DNA of 64,000 nt from positions 18,290,001-18,354,000 of the forward strand of contig OZ024745.1 in assembly GCA_964016885.1 (NCBI GenBank). Reading direction: 5' to 3'. Below are positions 28,593 to 39,719 of this stretch, in pieces. The notes beneath the pieces were generated by a model. The model worked only from the letters and a program-made list of their open reading frames with translations, was not told the origin of the DNA and made no database searches. The position numbers and the translations under genes are program-made. The DNA is from Eledone cirrhosa. Taxonomy: Eukaryota. Positions within the stretch are counted from its first letter, which is position 1. The number at the start of each line of letters is the position of its first letter.

Positions 28593-30629
28593 TGCTCCTC
28601 TAGTTGATTGCGCTGCTCATTTGAACGATTTGGAGAGCTAGTTCTATTTCTCCTATAAACGTCGACAATAGGTTGGCATAACTGCACCAGTTAGCAGAGA
28701 AATCTATGATTATCCAGGTGTGGCGTGTCTTACCTTCGATGGAGGAACGACTCGAGTAGAAAAAGATTATAATGATGGAATATAGCGAGTGGCTTACTCC
28801 ATGCACAAATAACATGCATACGTGTGTTAAAGCTGGGTTATGATGGATGTTCCCTCCATTTCGATAATAACCGTTCTGTTTTTTTGAGCAAGTAAACATC
28901 CTAATCGACAAACGTGTATTTAATATATGCTTGTGCATTTTATGTAGATTTCTAGCGGAATCATTGTGTTTCAATTTGTGACAACGTCAGGCCTATTGTC
29001 TTACAGACACAAATCCATCATAATGTTCAGTCGAATCGGATTTGCTCACAATGATAACTCGACACGAATCTCATATTAAAAAAAAATCTTCTGCCCAAAA
29101 TAACAGACACTAGAAACGAAACCAAGACATCGTGATTACAAGGTGAAATTTGTAAGTACTCAGACAATATATACCAACCAAAACAATGAAAGCCCACAGA
29201 CCACACATTAAAAAAAATATTAACAAATGAAGAGATAACGTCAAATTGAAATATCTACCTTTCTCTATTATATAATAACTTATTGGAAATGTTAACAGTA
29301 ACAATACGAACGAAATTTAACTACAGTATATCACTCTAGGCTTAATGTTCATAGGAAAATGACACTGCCATTCAACGAATAAGATGTGCAACTAGCACTA
29401 TAAAATACAATTGAGAACTGAGATCCTCTCTTTCACTTCCCATTATATTTATAATATAGAATATAATAAATGTTTGAATAGATTCGATTCTTCTTACTAT
29501 GTAACATTACTGTATTGTCAACTATTAGCAAGGTAGACAAATGAGGTGAATGTGGTACGATTGACTTGGGAATACGCCGAGCTGAATCAAAATGCTAAAT
29601 TAAAGCGCACACTAACTTAATTATTATAACAAATCAAGATATTTTAATTAATTAACAATGCACATGTAATTGAAACATCTCAATCATTATTTCGGGTCAA
29701 TAAAATGCAGGAAAGGCTTTTTTTAAATTATAATTAAGTAAATATAGACATACTGCGTGGGGTACCTTTGATTATTTGAAAGGCAGTGTCACCTCCGGGT
29801 ATGTTTCGCTTTTACGAGACCTTATCAGAAAATCATGTTTAATACTTTACTGCCAGATATTTAAATAAAACTTATTGTGTTTGGTACAGGATTATTCGGC
29901 CATTGGTGATCATGGGTTTCCACCTGGATTGGTGTTTCCATGTATAAGACTCTCCCCTCCAAACGCACCAATGTTGTCCAAAGGAAAGGTATTGGTCGAT
30001 ATAACTCGGTACCAGTTTCGTCGCAACCGGTAATTGAGCTCACGTACCTTGACAATTTAATTCACAAGAATGAAGTTGTTAGTGAGTAGAGGAAGTGACC
30101 CCAGTGAAATTGCAATTATTTTGAGCATTAGATCAAAATAATTTGTGACTTTCTGATCACTTGGATGGAATTCCACCGATGTTAAGTATGCCTTTCAACT
30201 TTAAAGATCGATATATTACCGGTGAAGGGTGCTGTATTAATATAATTGTTAGAACATCGAATGAGAAGCTCTGTATTTGTGTCTCTTCTAAACTTAACAT
30301 TCGCACTAGTTGGACAGTATATTTAATCGATAGCTGATTTCAATACGAGACCCTAACTCTTGAGTGCTTTTATTGAATTTCCTTATATACAAATAAGCAT
30401 TCGTACAAGATCTCCGGTTTGAGGAACAAATTTGCCTATTCAACTTTTCTCCACTAGTTTCGAAGGTCCCGAAAGCGGCTATGAGAACTGACCACTTATT
30501 TCTCACTTAACAAATAAATAAATACAAGCATAGCATGTTTTTATATCAACCAAGTTAACTTCATTGTTTAAAATTGCTATTTAATCGACGAGTGGGAGTC
30601 GTATTGGAAGAATCTTTAATTCATCGGTT

Positions 30630-30790
30630 GAAATGGGGTTTTGTTTCGGTTCTTTAAGTTATGAGTCCATATCCAGCAGAGGTTTCCTTTCGTGATAGAT
30701 TAGGTATCATAGTCAAGTACTGGGGTCGATTTAAACAACTTTTCCCTCCCCAGTATTGCTTGCTTTTGACTAAATTAGAAAGCATTATGA
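30630..30790 (+). mobile_element. Old diverged tRNA-derived SINE copy (long subfamily)
   Basis: Degenerate match to the 33391 SINE (GAGTCCATATCCAGCAGAGGTT...AGTACTGGGGTCGATTTAA...ATTGCTTGC...TAGAAAGCATTAT). Confidence 0.6.
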
Positions 30791-31539
30791 ATTCGAATAT
30801 TAGCACCACCCTAGACTTTTAAATAAATTAAAACAAATTTATATTCTGAAGCCCAAAATGAAAAATGAAATAATGTTTAGTCAGCAAGTTTTGACATTTT
30901 TAACAAAGACAGACAGAAGCACTTTCATGAGAGAATTTTAATAATGTTTGTTTCATTTAAAAAAAGACAAAAAAGAAAATACTAATAATAAAAATGTTAT
31001 TAAAATATATACGAAATTCAGTTTTCAGTGTAAGTTCTAAAAAGCCCAAACGCATTTTATGAAAAAGCAGTTTATGATTGAATTTTTACAGACATCGTGA
31101 ACGAGTGCCAAGAAGAAAAGATATAACTATAATAATAGATAACAAGAATAACACAAACGAAATTGACGCCAGCAGATATAAGAGGCGGGCATAACAAATG
31201 GCGATATTTCCCCACAACTAGTAATACTTTTATAACCTGTCAGAAGCGGCTGTCTAACGGCTCTAAATGGTATTATCATAGTTAGAACATACACATATAT
31301 AATCGTGTGCGTACACATAAAAGATATATAGATATATATAATATATATATATATGCTTTACAATTTGGTCATGCTGCGGCACTGTCTGTAAAGATTTAGT
31401 CGATTATATCGACCACTGTGCTCATTCTTTAAATGTCTAGTCCATATATTGTCGAGCCCTACGGTATTTGCCGAACTGATATCTTTCTGCTTATAAACAG
31501 TATGTGTAAATACAGAATCGCGCGCACACACACACACGT

Positions 31540-31612
31540 GAATGTGTGTGTATATATATCTGTCTATCTCTCTCTCTCTCTATATATATATATATAGATA
31601 TATATATATATC

Positions 31613-31649
<37 letters not shown>

Positions 31650-31680
31650 GTCTATATATCTGTCTCTGTCTCTGTCTCTT

Positions 31681-31753
<73 letters not shown>

Positions 31754-31760
31754 GTGTGTG
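31540..31760. repeat. Compound (TA)n/(TC)n/(TG)n microsatellite
   Basis: Direct observation. Confidence 0.95.
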
Positions 31761-32109
31761 AATAAACACATACACAAAAGAATATACACATACACAAAAG
31801 TGGAGAAGAGAGTGAGGGGGTGGAGCAGACAAATAATGAGAGATAGAATTTGCTTTTCTTGAAAGGAAAAATATTATTATTGTCGACAGCTGCCAATCCT
31901 CATAAATAACGTTATTTATCCTGTTATTGTTTACTATTGTGGAGAGTATGGTAGGTTGTGATATGTGTCGGGGTATGGCTGATATGGGGGGTGGGGGGAC
32001 GAGATTGACGTTGTTTGTCTAACAGAGGAAACTACTACACTTCCTACTTGTAACATGGGCTCTCACGTTATCATTGTTGCTTTTTGTTCTCGTATAGATA
32101 TTGTTGTAT

Positions 32110-32168
<59 letters not shown>

Positions 32169-32530
32169 AGTGGTGGTGGTGGTGGTGGTGGCGGTGGTGG
32201 TTATGATCCGATGGCGGAGGAGAGATGGAAGAGGAGGAGGGTGGTTGTTGTGAGACTGGGTGGGGGTTTTGCTGTGGTAATTTTTCTACTGATGATGTTG
32301 ATAGTGATAATGGTGATTGATGGTGATGATGAGAATGTTGAAGTAGGTGATGGTGTTTTATGTTTGTGCTAGTTGCTGTGGTGATGATCGACATGAGTGG
32401 TGTCATCATGAGGAAAAGATTGCTATTGGTGATGATTGTGATGATGAATTTCCGATGATTATGATGATGAGTGTAGTACTGATAATGGTAATAATCATAA
32501 TTGTGGAGATAATGCTGATGATAACACTTT
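32110..32530. repeat. (GAT)n/(GGT)n trinucleotide repeat and degenerate low-complexity tract
   Basis: About 19 GAT units followed by GGT units and a decayed GAT/GTG-rich tract. Confidence 0.9.
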
Positions 32531-32789
32531 TTAACTCAATGGATATACCGCACTTTATGTCAAATTTCGAAAGACTATTTTCAGAGCAAATATCTTTATT
32601 TATATATTTTAGTAGTTGAAGTTATTGTTATTTAACCCCTTATCATTCATAATAGACTAAATCTATGATAAAAGGCAATCCAGTCATTACCATCCTATAT
32701 TATATATATATATATTGAAGCCAGGTATAAATAATTGTGTTGTGTGCCATTCAAACTTTGCGGCATATACTTAGGGACCTTTATGTTTT

Positions 32790-32931
32790 GATTTCAAATG
32801 CTCCTGTGGTTATCTTTACTTTTCAACCCTACTGAGTCTATAAAATAATGCAACATTAATGCACTGGAGATGATTTAATCGAATTTCCCCTCCCCTCAAA
32901 TGATTGGCCTTGTGTCTAAATCAGAAACCCT
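32790..32931 (+). mobile_element. Old SINE copy (long subfamily), 3' part
   Basis: GCACTGGAGATGATTTAATCGAATTTCCCCTCCCCTCAAATGATTGGCCTTGTGTCTAAATCAGAAACC matches the family 3' end. Confidence 0.65.
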
Positions 32932-33390
32932 TATATGTCACTCAATGTTTTATCACAAACATTTCAAGACTCGGTCCGCAATGTTTTTTATATATAAGCA
33001 GAAAATTAGTATCTTAACTATTTCTTTACCATATTTCTAATCAAAGACATTCTAATCAAAGACATTCACTGTTGTTTTCCAATAATTTTGATAAACCAAT
33101 ATTCAGAGTATAATTTTACCGGGGTTCTCATAAATACTTGTGGAAGGATTTTAGAGAAATATAAACTCTTTGAACTAAACAACTTAGTAAAATAGAAACA
33201 GGAGTGATTTCAGACGGTTTGATATCAAACGGACAAAGCTTATCAGATCACAATAGATAAATACAACAATTCTCTAAACGTAGATAAAGCTTGTCATTTA
33301 ATTGATCTCCCAAGTGAACAGCTGCAGGACTTTCACGAAAGCAAGATGTCTCCCAACCCGTATGTAGCACAATATTATTATTCACCCTAA

Positions 33391-33575
33391 GGGCGGTGGA
33401 TTGGCAGTATCGGTAGAGAGTCGGACGCCATGCTTTCCAGCATAGTTACGTCCCTTTACGATCTGAGTTCAAATCCCGCCGAGGTTGACTTTGCCTTTCA
33501 TCCTTACGGGGTCGATAAAATAAAGTACCAGTAATGCACTGGGTAATTGCTGGCCTTGTGCCTAAAGTAGAAACA
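33391..33575 (+). mobile_element. Young full-length tRNA-derived SINE with 17-bp target-site duplication
   Basis: A-box-like TGGCAGTATCGG and B-box GAGTTCAAATCC. Flanked by direct repeat ATTATTATTCACCCTAA (33374-33390 and 33576-33592). Near-identical copy at 60192-60371. Confidence 0.92.
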
Positions 33576-33592
33576 ATTATTATTCACCCTAA

Positions 33593-33783
33593 TGGTATGT
33601 TGATGGAAGCGTTAGAGCATCAGAAAAATTGCTTTTGTGATATTTATTTACGCCCCTTTACCATCTGTATTCAAACCATATCGAGGACTGTTTTGCCTTC
33701 TATCATTCGATAAGATTAAGTACCATTCAAGTACTTTCCCTTTACACCCCCAAATGTTTGGCTTATGACTGCGTTGAAAACAG
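33593..33783 (+). mobile_element. Old diverged SINE copy immediately downstream of the young copy
   Basis: Degenerate colinear match (CCCTTTACCATCTGTATTCAAA...GAGGACTGTTTTGCCTT...GATAAGATTAAGTACCA...TTTGGCTTATG). Confidence 0.6.
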
Positions 33784-34518
33784 TTTGAAGTTCCCTTACA
33801 TCGCGGGAACCCTCATTTGTTTATAATAGTGCGAGGTGGAGAGAGCGAGAGAGACGGAGGCAGTGACTATTCCAGAATTGCTGAAATATGTTGAGTTAAA
33901 TGTTAAGTGTTCATTTGAAAATTGCATAACGCATCATTTCTGCGAGACAGTTCAAAGAAGTTATTCATTCAGATAGTATCATCAAGTGAACTTCTACCTT
34001 TTTGACATGACTGTCTTTTGTCAACTTCTGGTATTTTGTTCTTCCCATCTATCGACATATGATTTCCCCTCCACTCACCTTGTCAAACGTCATCCTCATT
34101 TCACTTTTGCCATTTTCTTGTTACCTCCGAGTTATGTCGCCGTTCCTCTGATCTTCTACTTGTTTCTTTCTTTCTCTTTTGTCTTTTTTTTAATAAATCC
34201 TAGCTTGTTAATTATCTCCCATATCACCATGGTTCTGTTATTGCTTATTATACACCGTTTTCTGTTTTCCACATTTTATCTCTGTGCCCTAATCCTCTTT
34301 CTCTTTCTCCTTCCCTCTATTTCTCTCTGCCCTTCACTCTGTCATTCTATATCTTACACATACACAATATTTCCGATCTCTCCCTTCGCTGCCTTCACAG
34401 AATATTTTCCTTCCTAACGAGGAGTTCTGCCTGTAAAATTAGATTTCTGTATTTTTCAACACGAACAAATCTACTCAATATGTGAATGCAAATATAACTC
34501 ATTATTTGCCACAATCGA

Positions 34519-34736
34519 TGGGATTGGATTAGCAGTATCGGTAGAGCGTTGGACAGCATGCATTGCGGTTTGTAGTTACACCCATTATGTTCTAAGTTCA
34601 AATTCTGCCGAGGTTAGCTTTAACTTTATCCTTACAGGGTCAATAAAGCACGAGTAGCGCACTGGAGTCAATTTAATAGACTTTCCCCTCCTAACCGAAA
34701 ATTGTTGGCCTTGCATCTAAATCAGAAACCATTATT
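34519..34736 (+). mobile_element. Older full-length SINE (long subfamily)
   Basis: TGGATTAGCAGTATCGGTAGAG head, AAGTTCAAATTC B-box, GGCCTTGCATCTAAATCAGAAACCATTATT tail. Carries a ~30-bp segment absent from young copies. Confidence 0.85.
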
Positions 34737-35777
34737 GACTACAAATACCGTCATTTGGTCCTCAGATCCCACTGTTTAATATAATCTCCACTGTTATTAA
34801 TATTTCATTTTCAGGGTCATTTTTGCTAGAGGGTTGGAATAACCGCATTGTCATATGTTGTTAAGGTCATATATATTGAGCATAGATTCCGTCGATATCA
34901 AATTTACATTGTTTCATTGCGAGAACGATAGATTAATGTACCAGTCACATATTGGTATAAATGAAATCGATTGTATAACAACACACACACACTCATACAA
35001 ATTGCATGGCAGCGCCAATGATAGAAATCAATACAGCTATTACTGTTCATGGTGATATTGAAGATATTAGTGATGATGATGGTGCTATCGTTGATAGTAT
35101 TATGTATAAGGTTTTTATTACCTTCATAACAGTATCGTCATCAACATTATCGTCGTTGTAGTTGTCATGGTCATCATCATCGTTGTCGTAGTTAATATTC
35201 TTCATCACCTAAAACCAACCACTCCACCTCGTCAAATTCTGCTGGCAAAAGCTGCAAAAAATGAATAAATCTCTAAACTTTAAGTCTGTCTAGTTGCCGT
35301 CTCTATTGTCTGCGATGAGTGGCTGGAATTCATTAAAGAGAGAAAACGAACTGCCTCTGGTATTCACTCTGGTAATTAGCTGTCACTTGAGAAGCATTCA
35401 TACTTGACGCTTACCATCAATATGTCACGTACGCACATTCCTGTTGGGTTACAAATATATTTCTACAGATTTCATTCCAACCACAGTAACTTACACAGTG
35501 AAGTAGCAACGGTACCAGTCTTGCTGCAAGGAATATCTGTATAAGTAGCAAGAAAAAGTGAGGTTAACTGATTTGGTAAGAAGTTCGTTTCGTAGCCAAT
35601 ATTATACTTCGCAGTGTTTTGGACACGAATCTCATTTCATATTTTATAGCATCGATTTCTTCAATACTTTGCGAGTAAAATGTAAAACGAAGCACTAACC
35701 CCCCCCCCCCCCCCCCTCTCCCTCTCTCTCTCTCTCTCTCTCTTTGTATATATTGTATTACATACACACGCACGCAG

Positions 35778-35816
<39 letters not shown>

Positions 35817-35821
35817 ATATT

Positions 35822-36003
35822 ATAATAATAATAATTGTTTCTACTTTAGGCACAAGGCCAGCAATAAACCAGTGCATTACTGGTACTTTATTTTATCGAC
35901 CCCGTAAGGATGAAAGGCAAAGTCAACCTCCGCGGGATTTGAACTCAGATCGTAAAGGGACGTAACTATGCTGGAAAGCATGGCGTCCGACCCTCTACCG
36001 ATA
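35822..36003 (-). mobile_element. 5'-truncated young SINE abutting the LINE 3' tail
   Basis: Reverse complement of the 33391 SINE from TATCGGTAGAG onward, with a few substitutions. (ATT)n tail at 35822-35835. Confidence 0.92.
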
Positions 36004-36270
36004 ATAATAATAATAATGATTTCATTTATTGGCCACAAGGGCCGACATATAGGGGACAACACAATAGACAGGGACAGTGGGGGTTTACATAGAGATCGAG
36101 TAAATATAAATAACAAAAAAACAAAATAACAATAAAAATACAACAATGAAAGTTCCCCAATAAGAGGGATCACCACCCAGGGTTGACTCAAGCACCCCAC
36201 CAGTCCTGAGCCACCCGACGCTCCTAGGGCACCCGGGAAGGGCACCCCTCTCCTTCTCGAATTCACCAGC

Positions 36271-39200
36271 CTACAGGCGCATGATCAGAGTAGGCCCACT
36301 CACGCGGGCCATTCTTGCCACATTCACCCACCTTTCAGTAAATGTACTGGGGGGCAGCACTTCTCTCTCCACCCTCACCTTCCTTTCCAAGTGAAACTTG
36401 AAGAAGTTGATGAGGGATTGGCCGAAGAGAAAAGTGTCTGTCTTCAGTCCTTTCAACCTGGTCCACCATGCAACCTCTTTCGCTACTGCCACCAGGCAGA
36501 GGAAAATTGCCTGCCCTTCCTGACCAAAAGAAGGCGGCGGGTCAATCTTCACTATGGACTCGGACGATAGCCGGATCCGTTCTACACGCGACAATAGCTG
36601 TTCGACATAACCCCACAAGTCAGCAATGCACGGACACTGGACGAGTGCGTGCAGAACGGTTTCGTCGCTCTGCGCGCATCTCGGGCAGGTTCGTCTGACA
36701 GCACTTCCGTGCCTGTAGAGTTTATCCCGAACCGGCAGCGCCCCCCGGTAGCACTGCCAAGCGAGGGATTTCTGGAAGTTATCCATCGTCCCCGGCTCGA
36801 AAGTCCTCCGGAACATACTGGTCAGTTCTACTTCGTTGACGCCCAGAGCCTCTCCTAGTACGTCATCGCACTTGCCCTCCACTAATCCTCTATAGAAATC
36901 TTGAGTGGAAGTTCCACTGACCGCATTGCCCACCTTGCAGAGTGCAGTGAGCGCCTGGCAACATTCCAGATGCCAGTCGCCCAGTCTCGGTCTCTTCTTG
37001 ACCCAGGACTGCAGCTCAGTCAAAGAGATGAGCTGCGGAAAGGCCCGTCTAACAAACGGCGACCACACCTGTTCACCGTTTAGGCAAAATATCTGGAGAT
37101 GTCGCAGCCTCAGCGCATGTCTGCGCATCATTAGCCACGGCATGCCCAGCCCTCCACGAAGAGGGTGCTGGCAGCAGATGGACCGCCTCACCAACGGGAC
37201 CCGTCCCCTCCACAAAAATTTGAAAAGGAGCCGTTCCAAATTGGCGAGGCGTGGACGGGGGCAAGGCACGACGGTCAGGCGGTAGTAGATGACGGACGCG
37301 ATGTACGCGTTCGCCACCTCCGCCCGCCCTTTCAGTGATAGCTTTCTCTCAGCCCATTTCTGGGTGAGGTTGGCTATCCTGCTCGCCACCTCGTCCCAAT
37401 TCTTATCCACCTGGAGGTCTGGTCCGAACCAAACCCCGAGCAACTTTACCGGTCCGTCTGTCCAGCGCCCAACGACGCTGTTGAACGGCATGGACTTGCC
37501 TCTCCAGGTGCCGAGCTGCAAGCCCACCGACTTTTCCGGGTTAAGTTTTGCTCCCGTCAACCTTTCATATTCCTCCAAATGGGTGCGGATCACCTCGATT
37601 TCCGAGGTGTCCGACACCATCACGGTGATGTCGTCCGCATAAGCGGACGCAGCCTTTCTACGTCCCGGTTCGAGCGGGATGCCCTGCAACAACTCCAGCT
37701 TCCGCAGTAGAGGCTCAAGAGTCAATACGTACAGAAGTGAGGAGAGAGGGCACCCTTGACGGACCGATCGAGAGATCTGAAACGGTTCCGAGAGGTGGCC
37801 ATTAACTTTGACCACCGAGCGGATGCCGCTGTACATTGCAGCGATCCAGCTTCTGAAGACGGGGCCGAAGCCAGCCGCCTCGAGGACAGCCTCCAAGTAC
37901 CGATGGTCGACCCTATCGAATGCTTTCGATTGATCTAAATTGATCAGAGCCCCACCGAAGCCAGGTTTGCACCCAACCCTCTCTATGATGTATCGCATGA
38001 GGTGGAGGTTGTCGTGTATGGACCTGGTCGGGATTGCGCAAGTTTGCGCCTCCCCAACCAAATCTTTGACGACAAGCGCCAATCTTTTCGCTAACACCTT
38101 GGCCAAAATCTTAAACTCTGTGTTGAGCAGGGTTATGGGCCTGAAATTATCTAGTGTGTCCCTCTTGTTCTCGTCTTTCCTTATCAGCGTCACTACGCCA
38201 CGGCTCACAGAACTGGGAATGCTCCCGTTCTGCTGCCAGTTGCAGTAGAGCGCTTCGAGGAGATCGGAGAACAAGTCTGGCATATTTACGTAAAGCTCGT
38301 AGGGCAGACCATCCAAACCGGGTGACTTGCGACTCGAGCAGCCGACAAGGGCGTCCTGAATTTCGGCTGATGTTATCGGCTCTTCGCAGCGCTCAGCGTC
38401 GGCCGTCGAGAGGCGTGGCAAGCCGTCGAGGTAGGGACTGAAGTCCGCCACCGTCTCCGACTCACCCATCCTCCCGAACAATCGAGCAAAGTGCTGGCGA
38501 AAGGCCTCACACATCTGCTTGGAATCGCTCAGTTCGTGTCCATCTCGATCCGTCAAAGACCGAATTGTGGTTTTATTTCCACGCTGCGTCTCTGCAAAGC
38601 GAGCCCATCGGGCAGCTTTGGTTCCCTCGTTCCTCAGAGCACGCGCCTTAGCTCTGACAATGCAACCTTCGTGTTTCGCATTGAAGAAATGGTCTAGTGC
38701 CATTCTCGCCGCTAGCACGTCTGTTGCAATGCCACTACAAATAGCCTCGTCTAACTTAGCTATCAGCCCCTCCTCTTTTCTATTTTTCTCTATTGCTACT
38801 TCTTTGCTAAATCCTATCGAGGTTGCTCTAATCTCTCTTTTGAGTGCCCCCCACCACCTGTTGTTGACAATCCCCCCTGTCAACTTTTGCTTAACTAAGT
38901 TGTTGACCCGGTCCCTGTAAGCTTTACGTGCCGGAAACGACATGTTTAGCTTCCAGTAGCTAGGTCCTAACCTACGTGTCTTATCTAGGTCGACCATACA
39001 GATCACAAGCTTGTGATCTGAATAGGCAACCGTTTTAAAATGTGGACATCCTACACTATTTCTATCTCTTTTCCTAATGAAAATCCTATCTATGTACGAT
39101 CTAGATGACCCTATGCGATTGGTCCAGGTCCATACTGGCGCATTAGGGAAATCTAGTCGGTACCTGTCAGACAGTTGAAACTGGCTGATCAGGTACTTGA

Positions 39201-39690
39201 GGCTTTTGCACCCCCCGCTCCTATCAGATACTCCCACACAATCCCAGCGTGCTTCTAAGATGCCATTCCAATCCCCTATTAACAGTAAAGGGCGAGACGT
39301 AAGCAGAAAGTTTTCCAGGCGCCTAAAGAAGTCCGGCCGACCGGCCCCAGTAGGGGCGTAGACGGCCACCAGTCTAAAGGCACCACCTTCGCTATTGCTC
39401 ACGTCCAGGACCACCAACTTTCCGTCAGGATCCCGGAAGATTGACCTTACCTCGAGATCCAGACATTTCCTAAACAGCACAGCCACTCCACCTCCCATTC
39501 CCGGCCGACTAACAGATGCAAAGATCTGATAATCGTCGAAAATCGGCGCCAGTGCGCGTGTGTCGGAAATTCTGGTCTCGCTGATGGCAATTACATCCAT
39601 TCCTAGTGACCTGAGGTCGTTGAGCAAGTGACCTTGCTTCCAGGGCGACCCCAGGCCACGAACATTTAAACTTCCTACTCTTATGGCCAT
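36271..39690 (-). CDS. ORF2: APE endonuclease + reverse transcriptase + C-terminal CCHC zinc finger (1139 aa)
   Basis: APE motifs SLNVRGL, SETR, VYAP, GDWN, YIDRI, SDH and YWKLN. RT motifs KSPGLDG, FRPITLLN, DQSKAFDRV, QGCPLS, YADD, KLLGV. Zinc finger CPRC-x8-H-x4-C. No stops. Confidence 0.97.
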   Translation of the reverse strand: MAIRVGSLNVRGLGSPWKQGHLLNDLRSLGMDVIAISETRISDTRALAPIFDDYQIFASVSRPGMGGGVAVLFRKCLDLEVRSIFRDPDGKLVVLDVSNSEGGAFRLVAVYAPTGAGRPDFFRRLENFLLTSRPLLLIGDWNGILEARWDCVGVSDRSGGCKSLKYLISQFQLSDRYRLDFPNAPVWTWTNRIGSSRSYIDRIFIRKRDRNSVGCPHFKTVAYSDHKLVICMVDLDKTRRLGPSYWKLNMSFPARKAYRDRVNNLVKQKLTGGIVNNRWWGALKREIRATSIGFSKEVAIEKNRKEEGLIAKLDEAICSGIATDVLAARMALDHFFNAKHEGCIVRAKARALRNEGTKAARWARFAETQRGNKTTIRSLTDRDGHELSDSKQMCEAFRQHFARLFGRMGESETVADFSPYLDGLPRLSTADAERCEEPITSAEIQDALVGCSSRKSPGLDGLPYELYVNMPDLFSDLLEALYCNWQQNGSIPSSVSRGVVTLIRKDENKRDTLDNFRPITLLNTEFKILAKVLAKRLALVVKDLVGEAQTCAIPTRSIHDNLHLMRYIIERVGCKPGFGGALINLDQSKAFDRVDHRYLEAVLEAAGFGPVFRSWIAAMYSGIRSVVKVNGHLSEPFQISRSVRQGCPLSSLLYVLTLEPLLRKLELLQGIPLEPGRRKAASAYADDITVMVSDTSEIEVIRTHLEEYERLTGAKLNPEKSVGLQLGTWRGKSMPFNSVVGRWTDGPVKLLGVWFGPDLQVDKNWDEVASRIANLTQKWAERKLSLKGRAEVANAYIASVIYYRLTVVPCPRPRLANLERLLFKFLWRGRVPLVRRSICCQHPLRGGLGMPWLMMRRHALRLRHLQIFCLNGEQVWSPFVRRAFPQLISLTELQSWVKKRPRLGDWHLECCQALTALCKVGNAVSGTSTQDFYRGLVEGKCDDVLGEALGVNEVELTSMFRRTFEPGTMDNFQKSLAWQCYRGALPVRDKLYRHGSAVRRTCPRCAQSDETVLHALVQCPCIADLWGYVEQLLSRVERIRLSSESIVKIDPPPSFGQEGQAIFLCLVAVAKEVAWWTRLKGLKTDTFLFGQSLINFFKFHLERKVRVEREVLPPSTFTERWVNVARMARVSGPTLIMRL

Positions 39691-39719
39691 GCTGGCAGGA
39701 TGAATGGGAGAGGAAAGGT

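Noticed and set aside
32055-32619. Poly-Asp/Gly/His ORFs
   Set aside because: Translations of a (GAT)n/(GGT)n tract with no splice or domain evidence.
33391-33480. tRNA gene
   Set aside because: A and B boxes are present but spacing and stems do not give a cloverleaf. It is a SINE head.
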